Assembly: GCA_029558735.1 (NCBI GenBank)
Contig: JAKQDP010000070.1
Coordinates: forward strand, 42,700-106,699
Length of the DNA: 64,000 nt
Direction: 5' to 3'
Origin: a bacterium
GTDB lineage: Bacteria; Patescibacteriota; Patescibacteriia; 2-01-FULL-39-33
The notes beneath the pieces were generated by a model, which did not search any database, was not told where the DNA came from, and saw only the letters and a program-made list of their open reading frames with translations. Shown here in pieces: positions 1-10,548 of this stretch (its first letter is position 1; every line of letters starts with the position of its first letter). The position numbers and the translations under genes are program-made.

Positions 1-2401
1 TAGTTTGAGAATCAGGATCAATTTCAGCGCTATTTTCATTAAGCAGCCCCTCATCAACCATCAAGGGATAATCAACTTCTTTAAAATCAGTTTCCTTGGG
101 CTGGCTAAAGCCGATTGCTTTAATCAATTGACTGCCGGCTGGCACATAAAATCGCAAATAACTACGACTGGGATAATTGGTAAAATTTTCATCAATTGGT
201 CCCAAATGACTGCGCCGAACAATCACTGAATCAATAACTGACCCGTCGACCATAATCTGAGCCTGATGATAAATTTGCTGTTTAATAATATTATCTGTTT
301 TACCGCCGCCAATATTAGTAGAAACCAAACTAAAGTAATCCTTGTCAGTATCTTTCATTCCTCCATGCCAATTATTACTGGCGATAAAATTCTGCAATTC
401 ATCATCAAAAGAATAAATCAAGATATCCTTGGCGGTCAAACCCTGCTCGATTGCCGCCAATAAATTCAAAAATTCATCCGGCTCAGCGTCAAAAACCTCC
501 GTCAATAATTTAGGCGCCAGATCACCAAGGATTTTTTTGGGCTGGTGTTCGCTATCATACTCAATTTCCACTTCTTTTTGAATCTCCATTTCAAAATTTG
601 CTGCCGTTATTTTTTTCTGATATTCAGGCAAATCAATATCGCCAATTACCGTCAACAATTGACTAAGCCAATCAGAATTGACGGCAATCACCCCATCAAT
701 GGTTGGCCCGCCGCTTTTATTATAAAACCAAGCGATTTTTTCCGCTGATCTAGGCCAATCCGGCCACCAATTGGCATCTTGAAACTCCCAACGCGGATTG
801 ATCAATTGTAGCGGTTGAGGCGACTGAACCAATTCTTTCATTCCGGCCCGGACATCATAAGTTCCGCCAGCCGGGATATCAATCTTATCAATATTACCGG
901 ATTTAAAATCAATCAAAGCAAAACTGCCCATAAAACCGCCCGTCGCCCTTAATTCGTTATCGTTTTGAAAAACAAACAAATAACGCCTCAATTGGTTATC
1001 ACCCAAAAAATTAACCGCAAAATCTATGGCTGAATTCAACTGCCTGAGACTGTTAATAAACAGCGGCAATTTTTCTGCCAAAACAGTAAATTGAGCCTGC
1101 TTATCCAAGGGTAAATTGCTCATCTTAATTTTGGTTAATTTGTCTTCGGCCAACTCCAATTCTCGCAACGCTACTTGACTATATTGGCCAAATGATTTTA
1201 TTTTCCCCGTTAAGCTTGAATCAGTATCGGCATTAATAGTTTCCAAGCCAACCAATAAATTTTCTCCCGCTAGTGACAAGTGGTCGCCCAAATCAAGCAT
1301 ATTTTTGCCACTTTTGAAAGTATTACCCAGGGGGAGCGTCTCGGCAATGACCGTTAAAAATGATTCAATATCGGTCAACTGTTCCTGGGCAGAAACAAAA
1401 TTCTGGTTAGCGGCCGCTAAGTGTTCCTTGGCTGAAGAAAAATTAAAAAACTTTAACTGCTCACTGGCCAAATCCAAATTCGACAACGCCTCTTCGGCTT
1501 GACCCAAAACCGCTCCTTTAGCCAATTTAATTTCCTGCCAATAATCAAAACTCTTAATTGGTAGGGCGATTATCAGGCATAAACCGACAAAAACAGCCAG
1601 CGGTTTCCAAAATAAACCAGCCGGGCCGGAATTATTAAAATCAACCACTGGCTGGACTGGCTTGACTTTGGCTAACGATGTTCGTTCGATTTGACCAATT
1701 CTAAAATCAACAATCGCTTGGCTGACAGCAGCCTTGGGCCGATAGTCAAAATCAATCACTTCATCATGATTGATAAAACCGATTTTCCCGGCCCACTCAT
1801 AAAGCAATTCCCCGGAAAACAAAATAATCTGATAGAAAAAATTACCTACAAAAATAAGCAAATTAATCACTGATACTTCTTGCCAGCGGCTGAGTGTTTT
1901 TGAGGTTTTTTTGCCTCGAATCAGCGGTAAATTCGGGGACAAATCAACTCGGCCCCAAAATTTTCTTTTCCAATAAGTTACCTTGGCTGAAATCAGTTTC
2001 AAAAAATTAATAAATTCACTTTTTTCGAAAGCCACCAATTCAAAAATATAAAACTTAGATAAAATATCCGCAGCCGGCAATTGGTCATAATAATTACCCT
2101 CTATTCCCGAGAGAGACGGCCTAACTCGCTCGATGAATTTGGCTTGGGATAAATCCAACAAATATGGCGAGCGATAAGAATCAAGAGGATTTTTGGCCAC
2201 AATGACGGAAACCTGCCGATTTTTACCGCCAATAGCAATTTTTTTATCATTAATTAAAAAATCCGTCTCGGCTGACGCTAAAAATCGACCAACACTCTGA
2301 TTGTTTTTAGTTGGTTTGATTTTATTCGCCCTCACCGAAACGGATGTTTTTTTTCTGGTTTTTTTAACTGGACTTTTGACGTCCTTGCTTGCCTTTGCCA
2401 C
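1..2401 (-). CDS. DUF4012-domain membrane protein. Partial: the C-terminal end runs off the window start. Probable GTG start near 2399-2401.
   Basis: Manual translation of the minus strand from ~2400 to 1 gives an uninterrupted ORF that is absent from the ORF track because there is no stop in the window. It contains the DUF4012 signature ...RRYLFVFQNDNELRATGGFMGSFALIDF... and a TM segment PAGLFWKPLAVFVGLCLIIALPI. An extended -10 (TGtTATAAT) lies upstream, around 2429-2437 on the minus strand. Confidence 0.55.
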   Translation of the reverse strand, partial: MAKASKDVKSPVKKTRKKTSVSVRANKIKPTKNNQSVGRFLASAETDFLINDKKIAIGGKNRQVSVIVAKNPLDSYRSPYLLDLSQAKFIERVRPSLSGIEGNYYDQLPAADILSKFYIFELVAFEKSEFINFLKLISAKVTYWKRKFWGRVDLSPNLPLIRGKKTSKTLSRWQEVSVINLLIFVGNFFYQIILFSGELLYEWAGKIGFINHDEVIDFDYRPKAAVSQAIVDFRIGQIERTSLAKVKPVQPVVDFNNSGPAGLFWKPLAVFVGLCLIIALPIKSFDYWQEIKLAKGAVLGQAEEALSNLDLASEQLKFFNFSSAKEHLAAANQNFVSAQEQLTDIESFLTVIAETLPLGNTFKSGKNMLDLGDHLSLAGENLLVGLETINADTDSSLTGKIKSFGQYSQVALRELELAEDKLTKIKMSNLPLDKQAQFTVLAEKLPLFINSLRQLNSAIDFAVNFLGDNQLRRYLFVFQNDNELRATGGFMGSFALIDFKSGNIDKIDIPAGGTYDVRAGMKELVQSPQPLQLINPRWEFQDANWWPDWPRSAEKIAWFYNKSGGPTIDGVIAVNSDWLSQLLTVIGDIDLPEYQKKITAANFEMEIQKEVEIEYDSEHQPKKILGDLAPKLLTEVFDAEPDEFLNLLAAIEQGLTAKDILIYSFDDELQNFIASNNWHGGMKDTDKDYFSLVSTNIGGGKTDNIIKQQIYHQAQIMVDGSVIDSVIVRRSHLGPIDENFTNYPSRSYLRFYVPAGSQLIKAIGFSQPKETDFKEVDYPLMVDEGLLNENSAEIDPDSQT

Positions 2402-2517
2402 CGTGTTTAAAGTTATAAAACTTTTTTTATTATAACATAAAACAATAATTAAAAACAACTACCAACCAATTGGGGATAAAATAAATTTTTTAAGCTCAGG
2501 TCGCCATCAAGAAATAA

Positions 2518-3675
2518 CTAATTTCCTTTAAAAATTTGACGATAAATATTCAAAGTGTTTCTAGCTAAAACAGACCAAGAATATCTTTTTAGATTCTCCC
2601 GTCCGCGTCTAATTAGATCCTCTCTTAATAAATGATCATGTAAAACGGTTTTAATTTTTTGAGTTATTTCGTAGGGATCATTGGGATCAAAAAATAAAGC
2701 GCTCTGTCCAAGAATTTCCGGCAAACAGGTGGCATTGGAACTGACCACCGGCAAGTCATAACTTTGCGCCTCTAGCGGCGGCAAGCCAAAGCCCTCAATC
2801 AAACTGGGAAAAACATATGCTTCGGCGCCGGCATACAAGCAGGCCAAATCATTATCATCAACAAATCCAGTTAATATCACCCGACCAGTTAAGCCGCTGT
2901 CGTCAATTTGCTGTTTTAATTTTTGATAAAAAAATGTTTCTTTACCGACTAAAACCAACTGTAATTGGTCGTGATCTTGAATCAAATACCTAAAGGCATG
3001 GAGCAAATTATCCAAATTTTTATGAGGGTAGGCCGAACCAACATAGAGCAGATAGTTATGGTTCAAATTGAAGCGTTCCAATACTTGCCGGCAATCACTA
3101 GAACGATCAAGCGGCGGATCATAGCCCTCATAAGTAATATTGATTTTTTCCGGTCGGATTTTAAGTGAATTAACAATATCATCTTTGCTAAATTGGGAAA
3201 CAGTAATAATGGTCGCCGCTCGTTTAGCCGCTGATTTGACAGTTAAACGATAGAAAAAAAGTTTTAATCGATAAAGAACCAATGGTAAAGTAGTGGCCCG
3301 GCTATCAGGATAATGAGAAATAATCAAATCATGAATAGTCACTACAAATGGCCGACGATAAAACCAAGGCACATTAAAATGAGGAAAATGAACCAAATCC
3401 AATTTATATTTAGCAAGAAGATAGGGCAATCGCAGTTGCTCTTTCACCGAATAAACCGAATAATCGGCTAAAACCTTTTTAAAATTAGCGCCGGGTACTT
3501 CAAACACAGCAAAACCGGCTCGGTCCAAAAAAATAAAATACTCATTTTTTCCGTCAATTGCCGCCAAACCTTCAATTAATTTCTGGATATAGCGACCAAT
3601 GCCGGCATGGCCGGGTCCATATAACCTGGCGTCAATACCAATTTTTAAGTGAGTTGTTGACTGATCAACTTTCAT
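2518..3675 (-). CDS. Glycosyltransferase, family 1 (GT4-like)
   Basis: C-terminal GT1 motif EGFGLPPLEAQSYDLPVVSSNATCLPEI. Sits in a sugar-transferase cluster. Confidence 0.8.
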   Translation of the reverse strand: MKVDQSTTHLKIGIDARLYGPGHAGIGRYIQKLIEGLAAIDGKNEYFIFLDRAGFAVFEVPGANFKKVLADYSVYSVKEQLRLPYLLAKYKLDLVHFPHFNVPWFYRRPFVVTIHDLIISHYPDSRATTLPLVLYRLKLFFYRLTVKSAAKRAATIITVSQFSKDDIVNSLKIRPEKINITYEGYDPPLDRSSDCRQVLERFNLNHNYLLYVGSAYPHKNLDNLLHAFRYLIQDHDQLQLVLVGKETFFYQKLKQQIDDSGLTGRVILTGFVDDNDLACLYAGAEAYVFPSLIEGFGLPPLEAQSYDLPVVSSNATCLPEILGQSALFFDPNDPYEITQKIKTVLHDHLLREDLIRRGRENLKRYSWSVLARNTLNIYRQIFKGN

Positions 3676-4793
3676 AATTCTTGTTCAAAAATTTGTAAAG
3701 TCTTTCTAGCGGTTTTCTGCCAACTGAACTGTTGAGCGCGCTCCAAGCCCTGATTAATAAGCTGCGCCCGAAAACGGCTATCAGTCCGTAAACAATTAAT
3801 AGCTGCCACTATTTCTCCCTGATTATAGGGGTCAACCAATAACCCCGCGCGATCAACTACCTCCAATTGAGAAGAATTATTGGCCGCGATCACCGGACAG
3901 CCGCAGGCCATCGCCTCCATAATCGGCAAACCAAACCCTTCATAATATGACGGGTAAAGAAAAATTTCCGCTAAATTATATAAAGCCGGTTTATCGGCTT
4001 CGGCCACATAGCCAATTAATTTGATTCGCTTATCTTGATTAGCTAGGGTTCTGACCAATTTCGCTTTCCAACTCAACCCGCCGGCGATTACCAGGTGGTT
4101 ATCCCCCTCAATATTTTTAAAAGATTCTATAATAGTTTCAATATTTTTACGGGGCTCCAAATTGCCAAGATACAAAATAAATTTTTCCGGTAAATTATAC
4201 TTCGTCCTCACCGCCGCCAGAATTGGATCAGCTTTATCCAACTGACGATAGTGTTTACTAACACCCAACTGAACCACTCTAATTTTTTCAACGGGGATAC
4301 CTAATAAATCAACCAAATCTTCCTTAGTGTTATCGGAGTCAGCAATCAAAATATCAGCTTGTTTAATAACCCCCTTCCTTAAAACTAATTTTTGCCACAG
4401 TCGCATTTTCCAGGAAAAAAAATCGGAAAATTTTAAAAAAGATAAATCATGGACAACTAACACTCGCCGACAATTTGGGGACCAGGAAGCAAAATGCAGA
4501 TTGGGCAAGAAAAACAAATCCACCCCGCCAATCAGTTGGTCAAATTTGGGAAAATCAAAAAAATTAACCGCCAAATTAAATAGCTTATTTGGATAATTAA
4601 AGCCGCAATTAAAGGCATTGGTTTGGGAAAAATCTGGCACGGTAGTTTTTTTTCGAGAATTATAAAAAAGCAGATACTGATTTTTTTGATCGAGCGCCAA
4701 TAAATTTTCCAGTAAATGATAGGTATACCAAGACACCCCCGAATACCGATTATCCATCAATGACCGGATGTCGACCCCTATTTTCATCTCCAA
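3672..4793 (-). CDS. Glycosyltransferase, family 1
   Basis: GT1 motif YEGFGLPIMEAMACGCPVIAANNSSQLEVV. Overlaps the neighbour by 4 nt, a coupled-operon arrangement. Confidence 0.8.
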   Translation of the reverse strand: MEMKIGVDIRSLMDNRYSGVSWYTYHLLENLLALDQKNQYLLFYNSRKKTTVPDFSQTNAFNCGFNYPNKLFNLAVNFFDFPKFDQLIGGVDLFFLPNLHFASWSPNCRRVLVVHDLSFLKFSDFFSWKMRLWQKLVLRKGVIKQADILIADSDNTKEDLVDLLGIPVEKIRVVQLGVSKHYRQLDKADPILAAVRTKYNLPEKFILYLGNLEPRKNIETIIESFKNIEGDNHLVIAGGLSWKAKLVRTLANQDKRIKLIGYVAEADKPALYNLAEIFLYPSYYEGFGLPIMEAMACGCPVIAANNSSQLEVVDRAGLLVDPYNQGEIVAAINCLRTDSRFRAQLINQGLERAQQFSWQKTARKTLQIFEQEL

Positions 4794-5901
4794 TCTTAGT
4801 TAATAAATTAAATATTTTCTGCTTGAATGTCTCCAGACTAAATTGTTGGGCGTATTCTTTGATTTGCATCGGATTATAGCGTTGGGGCTCAAAACGAATT
4901 ATCCGGTCAGCCAATTCCTCCCAAATCTGTTCATCAAAAAATTCTCCGCTTAAGCCCTCCTTAACTGTTTCAGTGGCGCCACCGGCGCGATAAGCAATAA
5001 CTGGCCGCCCCGAAGCCATGGCTTCAATCGCGGTAATACCAAAATCTTCTTCTTGAGGATTCAAATAAGCGATACAATTGGCGAATAACTGTTTTTTGGT
5101 CGCATCGTCAATCTTGCCCAAAAATTGAACATTAGGTTTAGCCATTCTCTTCAAGATTTTAAGCTCCGGACCGATGCCAAACACTTTCAGTGGAATGCCC
5201 AACCGAGAAAATGCCCTGACCGCCAAATCAACTCGCTTATATGGCACCAGCCGGCCACCAGCCAAATAATATTTTTTAGGGTGGTTAGAAATAAAAAACT
5301 CCTCCACCGCCACCGGCGGATAAATCACCTCGCTGTTGCGGTTATAATATTTTTTAATTCGATTTTTGACTGTCTGAGAATTGGCCACAAAGTAATCCAC
5401 CCGATCAGCCGCCAACCGGTCCCATTGTCGCAGTTTTCTTAAAGTAAGCGGTAATATCAATTTAATCACCGAATTAACCCGCAACTCTTTGATATAAAAA
5501 TAGGTATCCATCCAAAGAAATCTGGTTGGCGTATGGCAGTAACAAATATGAACACTGTCCGGCCTGGTAATCACTCCTTTGGCGAAAGAAGAGGCGCTGG
5601 AAATAACCACATCATAATCCATCAGATTATAATTTTCCGTTGCTAAGGGCATCAATGACAAATACCACTGGTATTTGGAAACTCCCAAAGGAATATTCTG
5701 TAAAAAAGAAGTTCGAACATCCTGATCGTGGAAAAAATTATTGGTTCGTCTTCGGTCAAAAATCAAAGTAAAAATTGGCGCCTGGGGAAAGAATTCTTTA
5801 AGCACCTTAACGACCTGCTCAGCTCCGCCATCTTGAGCTAAGTGATCATGAACTAAAGCAATCTTTAATCGACCGCTCGGGGTGAAATTAGAACTGGTCA
5901 T
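4750..5901 (-). CDS. Glycosyltransferase, family 1
   Basis: GT1 motif EEDFGITAIEAMASGRPVIAYRAGGATETV. Confidence 0.8.
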   Translation of the reverse strand: MTSSNFTPSGRLKIALVHDHLAQDGGAEQVVKVLKEFFPQAPIFTLIFDRRRTNNFFHDQDVRTSFLQNIPLGVSKYQWYLSLMPLATENYNLMDYDVVISSASSFAKGVITRPDSVHICYCHTPTRFLWMDTYFYIKELRVNSVIKLILPLTLRKLRQWDRLAADRVDYFVANSQTVKNRIKKYYNRNSEVIYPPVAVEEFFISNHPKKYYLAGGRLVPYKRVDLAVRAFSRLGIPLKVFGIGPELKILKRMAKPNVQFLGKIDDATKKQLFANCIAYLNPQEEDFGITAIEAMASGRPVIAYRAGGATETVKEGLSGEFFDEQIWEELADRIIRFEPQRYNPMQIKEYAQQFSLETFKQKIFNLLTKIGDENRGRHPVIDG

Positions 5902-5981
5902 ATATGTCCAGTTTAGCTAATTTACGATTCTTTGGCAAACAAAAACGACTCATCGCAACATGAGCCGTTAATCAAATGGCC

Positions 5982-6161
5982 TTATCTGATTATTTCCAAC
6001 CAGAAAATCGGCCAACACAGACAAACCAGCGCTAAACTGGCCAGTACTGTTCTTCTTCTGACAACGCTCGGATTCTGATGATAAGCGATTGTCAGCAAAT
6101 AAACAAACAAGCTACCGCCCACAGCTAAATAAAATCCCAATAACAGCCAAATCCATAACAT
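5982..6161 (-). CDS. Small hydrophobic membrane protein, 59 aa (MLWIWLLLGFYLAVGGSLFVYLLTIAYHQNPSVVRRRTVLASLALVCLCWPIFWLEIIR)
   Basis: Strong RBS (aaaGGAGGgtaaaaaATG) and two predicted TM helices. Lies between the GT gene and the priming transferase and is below the ORF-track size cutoff. Confidence 0.3.
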   Translation of the reverse strand: MLWIWLLLGFYLAVGGSLFVYLLTIAYHQNPSVVRRRTVLASLALVCLCWPIFWLEIIR

Positions 6162-6184
6162 TTTTTACCCTCCTTTGTTTTCGC

Positions 6185-7588
6185 TTATTCCGCCTGGCGT
6201 CGCCTTAAAATAGCCACTGGAGTTTTAAACAAAATCATTAAATCCAATTTGGGACTCCAATTTTCCATATACCAAGTATCCAAGCGTATTTCTTCTTCAA
6301 AATCAAGATCAGAACGGCCAGAAACCTGAGCCATGCCGGTAATGCCCGGCCGAATGGTCAGTACTTTCCGATGGTGATTCTGATATTTAGCCACCTCCTC
6401 AACTTCATGGGGCCGTGGACCAACCAAACTCATTTTACCCACTAAAACGTTAAATAATTCCGGCAATTCATCAATACTAAAACGGCGAATAAATCGTCCC
6501 ACTCGAGTCACTCGGGGATCTTTTTCAAATTTCATCATCGGAGTACCGGCTCGAAGGTTTTTCTGATGATTTAAAAAATTTTCATCAAACCGATATTTAT
6601 GGGCGTCTTTAACCATTGAACGAAACTTAAAATACTTGAATGGCCGACCCAAAGCGCCAATCCGCTGATAAGAAAAAAATAACGGCCCGACAGAATCAAG
6701 TTTAATCGCCACTGCCGTTAAAATGAAAATTGGCGAGAGTAAGATGATTAATAACAGGGCAACAATAATATCAAACAACCGCTTATAAACCCGCCCCCAA
6801 CCATCCAAACGCGTCTTCTTAACTTCAACAATCGGCAAGCCGGCAATAGTATTGATTTCAAAATTGGTAATCGGCCAATCAAAAATATCAGCAACAAATT
6901 TTAGGGTGATATGATTGATATAAGAAAAATCATTCAAACGATTAATTTCCTTACTGGACAATTGGGCCGTAACCACTAAAATCTCATCAAACTTATCCTG
7001 TTCGACCAATTGAGTCAAACGCGCCTCTGTATTCTTTTGAAAATCAGGAAAAGTCTCCACCACCCGATAGCCAGATTTCTTATCTTGCTGAAAATTAGCC
7101 GCCGCCTCCTGAGCTAATTGACCCTGGCCAATAATGATCAACCGGTGGACCCCCCAGCCGTAATAATATAAAAAATGCTGGACAAAACGAACAATTAGCC
7201 GGCCAGCGACCACTAAAACGATACTAAACAACCAACCAGCAATAATAATAAATCGAGAATCAAATAAACTACGGCTGAAAAAGAAACCAAACATTAATAG
7301 CATCACCGCCGTTGAACAACCCAAAATTATTTTATAGAATTCATCAATCGCCCGTCTGGTACCGCGCATTGAATACAGACCGGCAAAAGCAAAGCTAACT
7401 AGCCAAAGTAAAGCCACCATTAAAACAATCCGTAAATAACTGTCAAAACGCAAATCAAAAATCACCGGCCTAATTTCCTGCACCGGCTCCCAATAGCGAG
7501 CATAAAAAGAAATAATTCCGGCCAACACCACCATCAAATAATCAATTGGCACCAAACTGGCAGAAATGGCAATTTCTGATCTTTTCAT
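6185..7588 (-). CDS. Polyprenyl-phosphate glycosyl-1-phosphate transferase (WbaP/exopolysaccharide priming transferase family, bacterial sugar transferase)
   Basis: Multi-TM N-terminus plus the conserved C-terminal bacterial sugar transferase domain (VGPRPHEVEEV...IRPGITGMAQVSGRSDL). Confidence 0.8.
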   Translation of the reverse strand: MKRSEIAISASLVPIDYLMVVLAGIISFYARYWEPVQEIRPVIFDLRFDSYLRIVLMVALLWLVSFAFAGLYSMRGTRRAIDEFYKIILGCSTAVMLLMFGFFFSRSLFDSRFIIIAGWLFSIVLVVAGRLIVRFVQHFLYYYGWGVHRLIIIGQGQLAQEAAANFQQDKKSGYRVVETFPDFQKNTEARLTQLVEQDKFDEILVVTAQLSSKEINRLNDFSYINHITLKFVADIFDWPITNFEINTIAGLPIVEVKKTRLDGWGRVYKRLFDIIVALLLIILLSPIFILTAVAIKLDSVGPLFFSYQRIGALGRPFKYFKFRSMVKDAHKYRFDENFLNHQKNLRAGTPMMKFEKDPRVTRVGRFIRRFSIDELPELFNVLVGKMSLVGPRPHEVEEVAKYQNHHRKVLTIRPGITGMAQVSGRSDLDFEEEIRLDTWYMENWSPKLDLMILFKTPVAILRRRQAE

Positions 7589-7699
7589 ATTATAATTTTA
7601 ACCAAAAATTCTAACATAATAAAGAAGGAAAATCAAGAATAAAGTCTTCTCTTACCCGCAATCATTGACAAATATTAAAATATTTGATAAAATAATTTT

Positions 7700-8110
7700 G
7701 TCCAAACAAGCTGGATGACTGCTCGGTTTTAGCTTTAAACGCTTTGACCGGGAGGAAAGTCCGAACACTCTTTCCGTTTTTTTTTCGGAATGTCGTGGTA
7801 GTGGCTAACGGCCACCCAGGTCGTCGCAAGGCGGTCTGAGGACTAGTTCCACAGAGACAATACTATCCCGAGCAATCGGGACAAATGTGAAAAGTGTGAA
7901 GGTGTTTTAAATTGGGCTAGAGATATCTCCTCAACTTAAAGCTACTTCACTCGGCCTCTGGCGACAGAGTGCCCGTGGTAAACTCTACCTAGTGCAACCC
8001 CAAATCTAGTCGGGGGCTCGAGCTGGCCAGTAATGACCAGCCCAGATAGATAGTCATCGCTCTGATTATTGTCAGAGTACAGAATTCGGCTTATAGGCTT
8101 GTTTGGACCA
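7700..8110 (+). ncRNA. rnpB: RNase P RNA (bacterial type A-like)
   Basis: Conserved P4 5' strand GGAGGAAAGTCCG at ~7751-7763. GGTAAACTCtACC motif at ~7975. Conserved 3' element ACAGAAttCGGCTTATaGG at 8079-8097. P1 pairing: ccaaacaagc at 7703-7712 pairs with gcttgtttgg at 8096-8105. The 61-aa ORF at 7942-8127 on the opposite strand is spurious. Confidence 0.8.
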
Positions 8111-8112
8111 AT

Positions 8113-8146
8113 TAAAAACCAACCCAATTATTTGGGTTGGTTTTTG
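8113..8146. terminator. Bidirectional intrinsic terminator between rnpB (+) and rnhA (-)
   Basis: Hairpin aaaaaccaaccca-attat-tgggttggttttt, with a T-run on both strands. Confidence 0.5.
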
Positions 8147-8158
8147 CTTTAATGCTTT

Positions 8159-8557
8159 TTAGCAACTATGTTCGTCAAGCGCCTCATTGACCAAACGATC
8201 CGCTTCTTTATTATCCTCGCGAAAAACATGTTTAAAATTTATTTTGTCAAAAGCCTGAGCCAAATTCCAAACCTTGACAAATAATGGCGCGATGCCGGCG
8301 TTTTTGACCTTATACTCCCGATTTAATTGTTTTACTACCAATTCCGAATCAAGACAACAATCCACCTCGCCAACCCCGGCTGCTCGGGCTTTTTCTAACC
8401 CCAAGATTAATGCCTGGTATTCCGCCTGATTGTTGGTCGCCTCGCCAATATATTGCTTATAAACCCATTTTTGCCCAGCAATTTCCAAAACCACCCCAAT
8501 GCCCGCCGGTCCAGGATTGCCCCGAGCTCCCCCATCTGTATGCAAAATCGCTTTCAT
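8159..8557 (-). CDS. rnhA: Ribonuclease HI
   Basis: RNase H type-1 motifs HTDGGARGNPGPAG and NNQAEYQALI, with the DEDD catalytic residue pattern. Confidence 0.75.
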   Translation of the reverse strand: MKAILHTDGGARGNPGPAGIGVVLEIAGQKWVYKQYIGEATNNQAEYQALILGLEKARAAGVGEVDCCLDSELVVKQLNREYKVKNAGIAPLFVKVWNLAQAFDKINFKHVFREDNKEADRLVNEALDEHSC

Positions 8558-8634
8558 AAGTTATAAAATTTTTATTTTTAATTTCAGATCCGCCCCGGCG
8601 TTTTACGAATTTCCCAACTTTTTAACCTTATGGA

Positions 8635-10374
8635 CTAACTACTCAACCTTAAATCCATCAATTTTAGTTGCAACTCCCGATTGCCATTCCATTCGTTCAC
8701 CCCCAATTCAAAAACAATATCAATTTTATCGCCTACTTTCAGTTTAGCACACCAATCGCCAAACGAAAAACCAATCAATTTGTGTTTAGCCGGCGAACCA
8801 TTTTGACTGACAATCACCTTCAAATGTTGGCCGTCATTTCCGACTGGATAAAGTTGTTCTATATTCAATTGCCGAATAAGAAATAATGGCGACAAATTGC
8901 CTTCGCCAAAAGGAGCGAATTTTTCCAACTCACCGACTAAATTCCAATTAACTTCTTCAAGATTAATATCTGCATCAATGTCAACAATAGATTTTAAATC
9001 TTCCTTAGTAATCGCCTGATTGGCCAATTGGGATAAACTGTCTTGAAATTTTAGAAAATTATCTTGGCCGGAAACAGAAAAACCGCAGGCCTGGCTGTGA
9101 CCGCCATAACGTTCCAATAAGTGGTCATTTTTCTTTAACGCGGCGGTAATATCAAAAACCGAAATACTGCGGCCGGAGCCAACGTACTTCCCCCCCTTCT
9201 TGGTCGCCTCCTGTTGTCGGGACACTGCCAAAACCGGCCGATGATGACGATCGCACAAACGGCCAGCAACCAGTCCCAAAATACCGGTCGGCCAATCGTC
9301 ACCAACCGTCCAAAGAATTTTATTTTTTTCCACTTGCTCAATTACCTGCTTATCCGCCTCCCTTAATATTTTATCGGTCAAATTCTGTCGATCTTTATTG
9401 TTCTTCTCCAAAATATCAACCAATTTGGCTGCTACTGACACTGAATCAGTGGTCAACAAATCAAAAGCAACCGAAGCGTGATTAATTCGGCCGGCGGCGT
9501 TTAATCGGGGCACAATTCGCCAACCGACATATTGACTGTCAATTTTTGCCGAACCATTAGTAGCTTCAATTAATTTTTGCAAACCCGGTCGCCGGGTTTG
9601 ATTTAAAACAATTAAGCCATATTTTACCAATACCCGATTCTCTCCGATTAGCGGCATAATGTCGCCAATAGTAGCGATTGCCACTAAATCCATAAGCCAT
9701 TTTTCAAATCCGGCTGGTAATTTAACCGGAAAATCAAGCTGCTCCTGACTGATAGCCAACGCCTGACAAAGTTTAAAGGCCACCCCGGCGCCGGACAAAA
9801 AAGGAAACGGATAACCCGAATTTTTGACCATTGGGTTAATAATGGCCAGCGCCTGAGGCAAGGTGGGCGGCTCTTGGTGGTGGTCAGTAACAATCACCGC
9901 CACGCCACCTTGATTTAAAATTTCAATTTCTTCTTTATTGGCGATTCCGCAATCAACCGTAATTAACAACTGAAAGCCTTGATTAATAATCCGCTTAACC
10001 ACTTTTTGATTGAGACCATAACCCTCAGTATCTCTGAAGGGAATATAAATATCAACATCGGCGCCAAAAGCCTTTAAGGTGGAGAATAAAATCGCCGAAG
10101 CGCAAACCCCATCAGCATCATAATCACCGTAAATCATTATTTTTTCCTTTTGACGGATGGCCGCAAAAATTCGCCCGACTGCTTGCTCCATATCACTGAA
10201 TAAAAACGGACTATGGCTATGATCGTCATAACTAGGGTTAAGAAAATCATCAATCGCGGCCTGGCTAGTCAAACCGCGATTAAACAACAGCTGAACAATA
10301 ATATTATTCAGCTCTGGAAATTGATCGATTATTGAACGGTCAGCAACCGGTTTAACCAACCATCTTTTTTCCAT
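8635..10374 (-). CDS. recJ: Single-stranded-DNA-specific exonuclease RecJ
   Basis: DHH motifs IYGDYDADGVCASAILF and VTDHHQ, plus the DHHA1 region GGGHSQACG. Confidence 0.85.
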   Translation of the reverse strand: MEKRWLVKPVADRSIIDQFPELNNIIVQLLFNRGLTSQAAIDDFLNPSYDDHSHSPFLFSDMEQAVGRIFAAIRQKEKIMIYGDYDADGVCASAILFSTLKAFGADVDIYIPFRDTEGYGLNQKVVKRIINQGFQLLITVDCGIANKEEIEILNQGGVAVIVTDHHQEPPTLPQALAIINPMVKNSGYPFPFLSGAGVAFKLCQALAISQEQLDFPVKLPAGFEKWLMDLVAIATIGDIMPLIGENRVLVKYGLIVLNQTRRPGLQKLIEATNGSAKIDSQYVGWRIVPRLNAAGRINHASVAFDLLTTDSVSVAAKLVDILEKNNKDRQNLTDKILREADKQVIEQVEKNKILWTVGDDWPTGILGLVAGRLCDRHHRPVLAVSRQQEATKKGGKYVGSGRSISVFDITAALKKNDHLLERYGGHSQACGFSVSGQDNFLKFQDSLSQLANQAITKEDLKSIVDIDADINLEEVNWNLVGELEKFAPFGEGNLSPLFLIRQLNIEQLYPVGNDGQHLKVIVSQNGSPAKHKLIGFSFGDWCAKLKVGDKIDIVFELGVNEWNGNRELQLKLMDLRLSS

Positions 10375-10383
10375 AAGTTAATT

Positions 10384-10412
10384 TTGACAATTTTAAACAG
10401 TTACGTTATTAT
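10384..10412 (+). promoter_or_regulatory. Candidate sigma70 promoter (TTGACA-17-TATTAT) that would produce a leaderless transcript
   Basis: TTGACA at 10384-10389, 17-nt spacer, TATTAT at 10407-10412. The ATG at 10419 lies where the TSS is expected. Confidence 0.3.
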
Positions 10413-10418
10413 TTTAAT

Positions 10419-10526
10419 ATGAAAAAATCCAATAAAAAAAATACCCTTAAAACAGTCTGGACGATTATTGTTTTACTGATGATATTTTCAATGGTCTTTT
10501 TCTCAATTATGCCGCTATTCTACTAA
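10419..10526 (+). CDS. Candidate leaderless small membrane peptide, 35 aa (MKKSNKKNTLKTVWTIIVLLMIFSMVFFSIMPLFY)
   Basis: Single TM after a basic N-terminus. A promoter lies immediately upstream and a plus-strand terminator follows. Confidence 0.25.
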   Translation: MKKSNKKNTLKTVWTIIVLLMIFSMVFFSIMPLFY

Positions 10527-10548
10527 TGGACAAATATCTGAAAATTGT

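Noticed and set aside
7942-8127. 61-aa ORF in the track
   Set aside because: Overlaps the RNase P RNA gene on the opposite strand.
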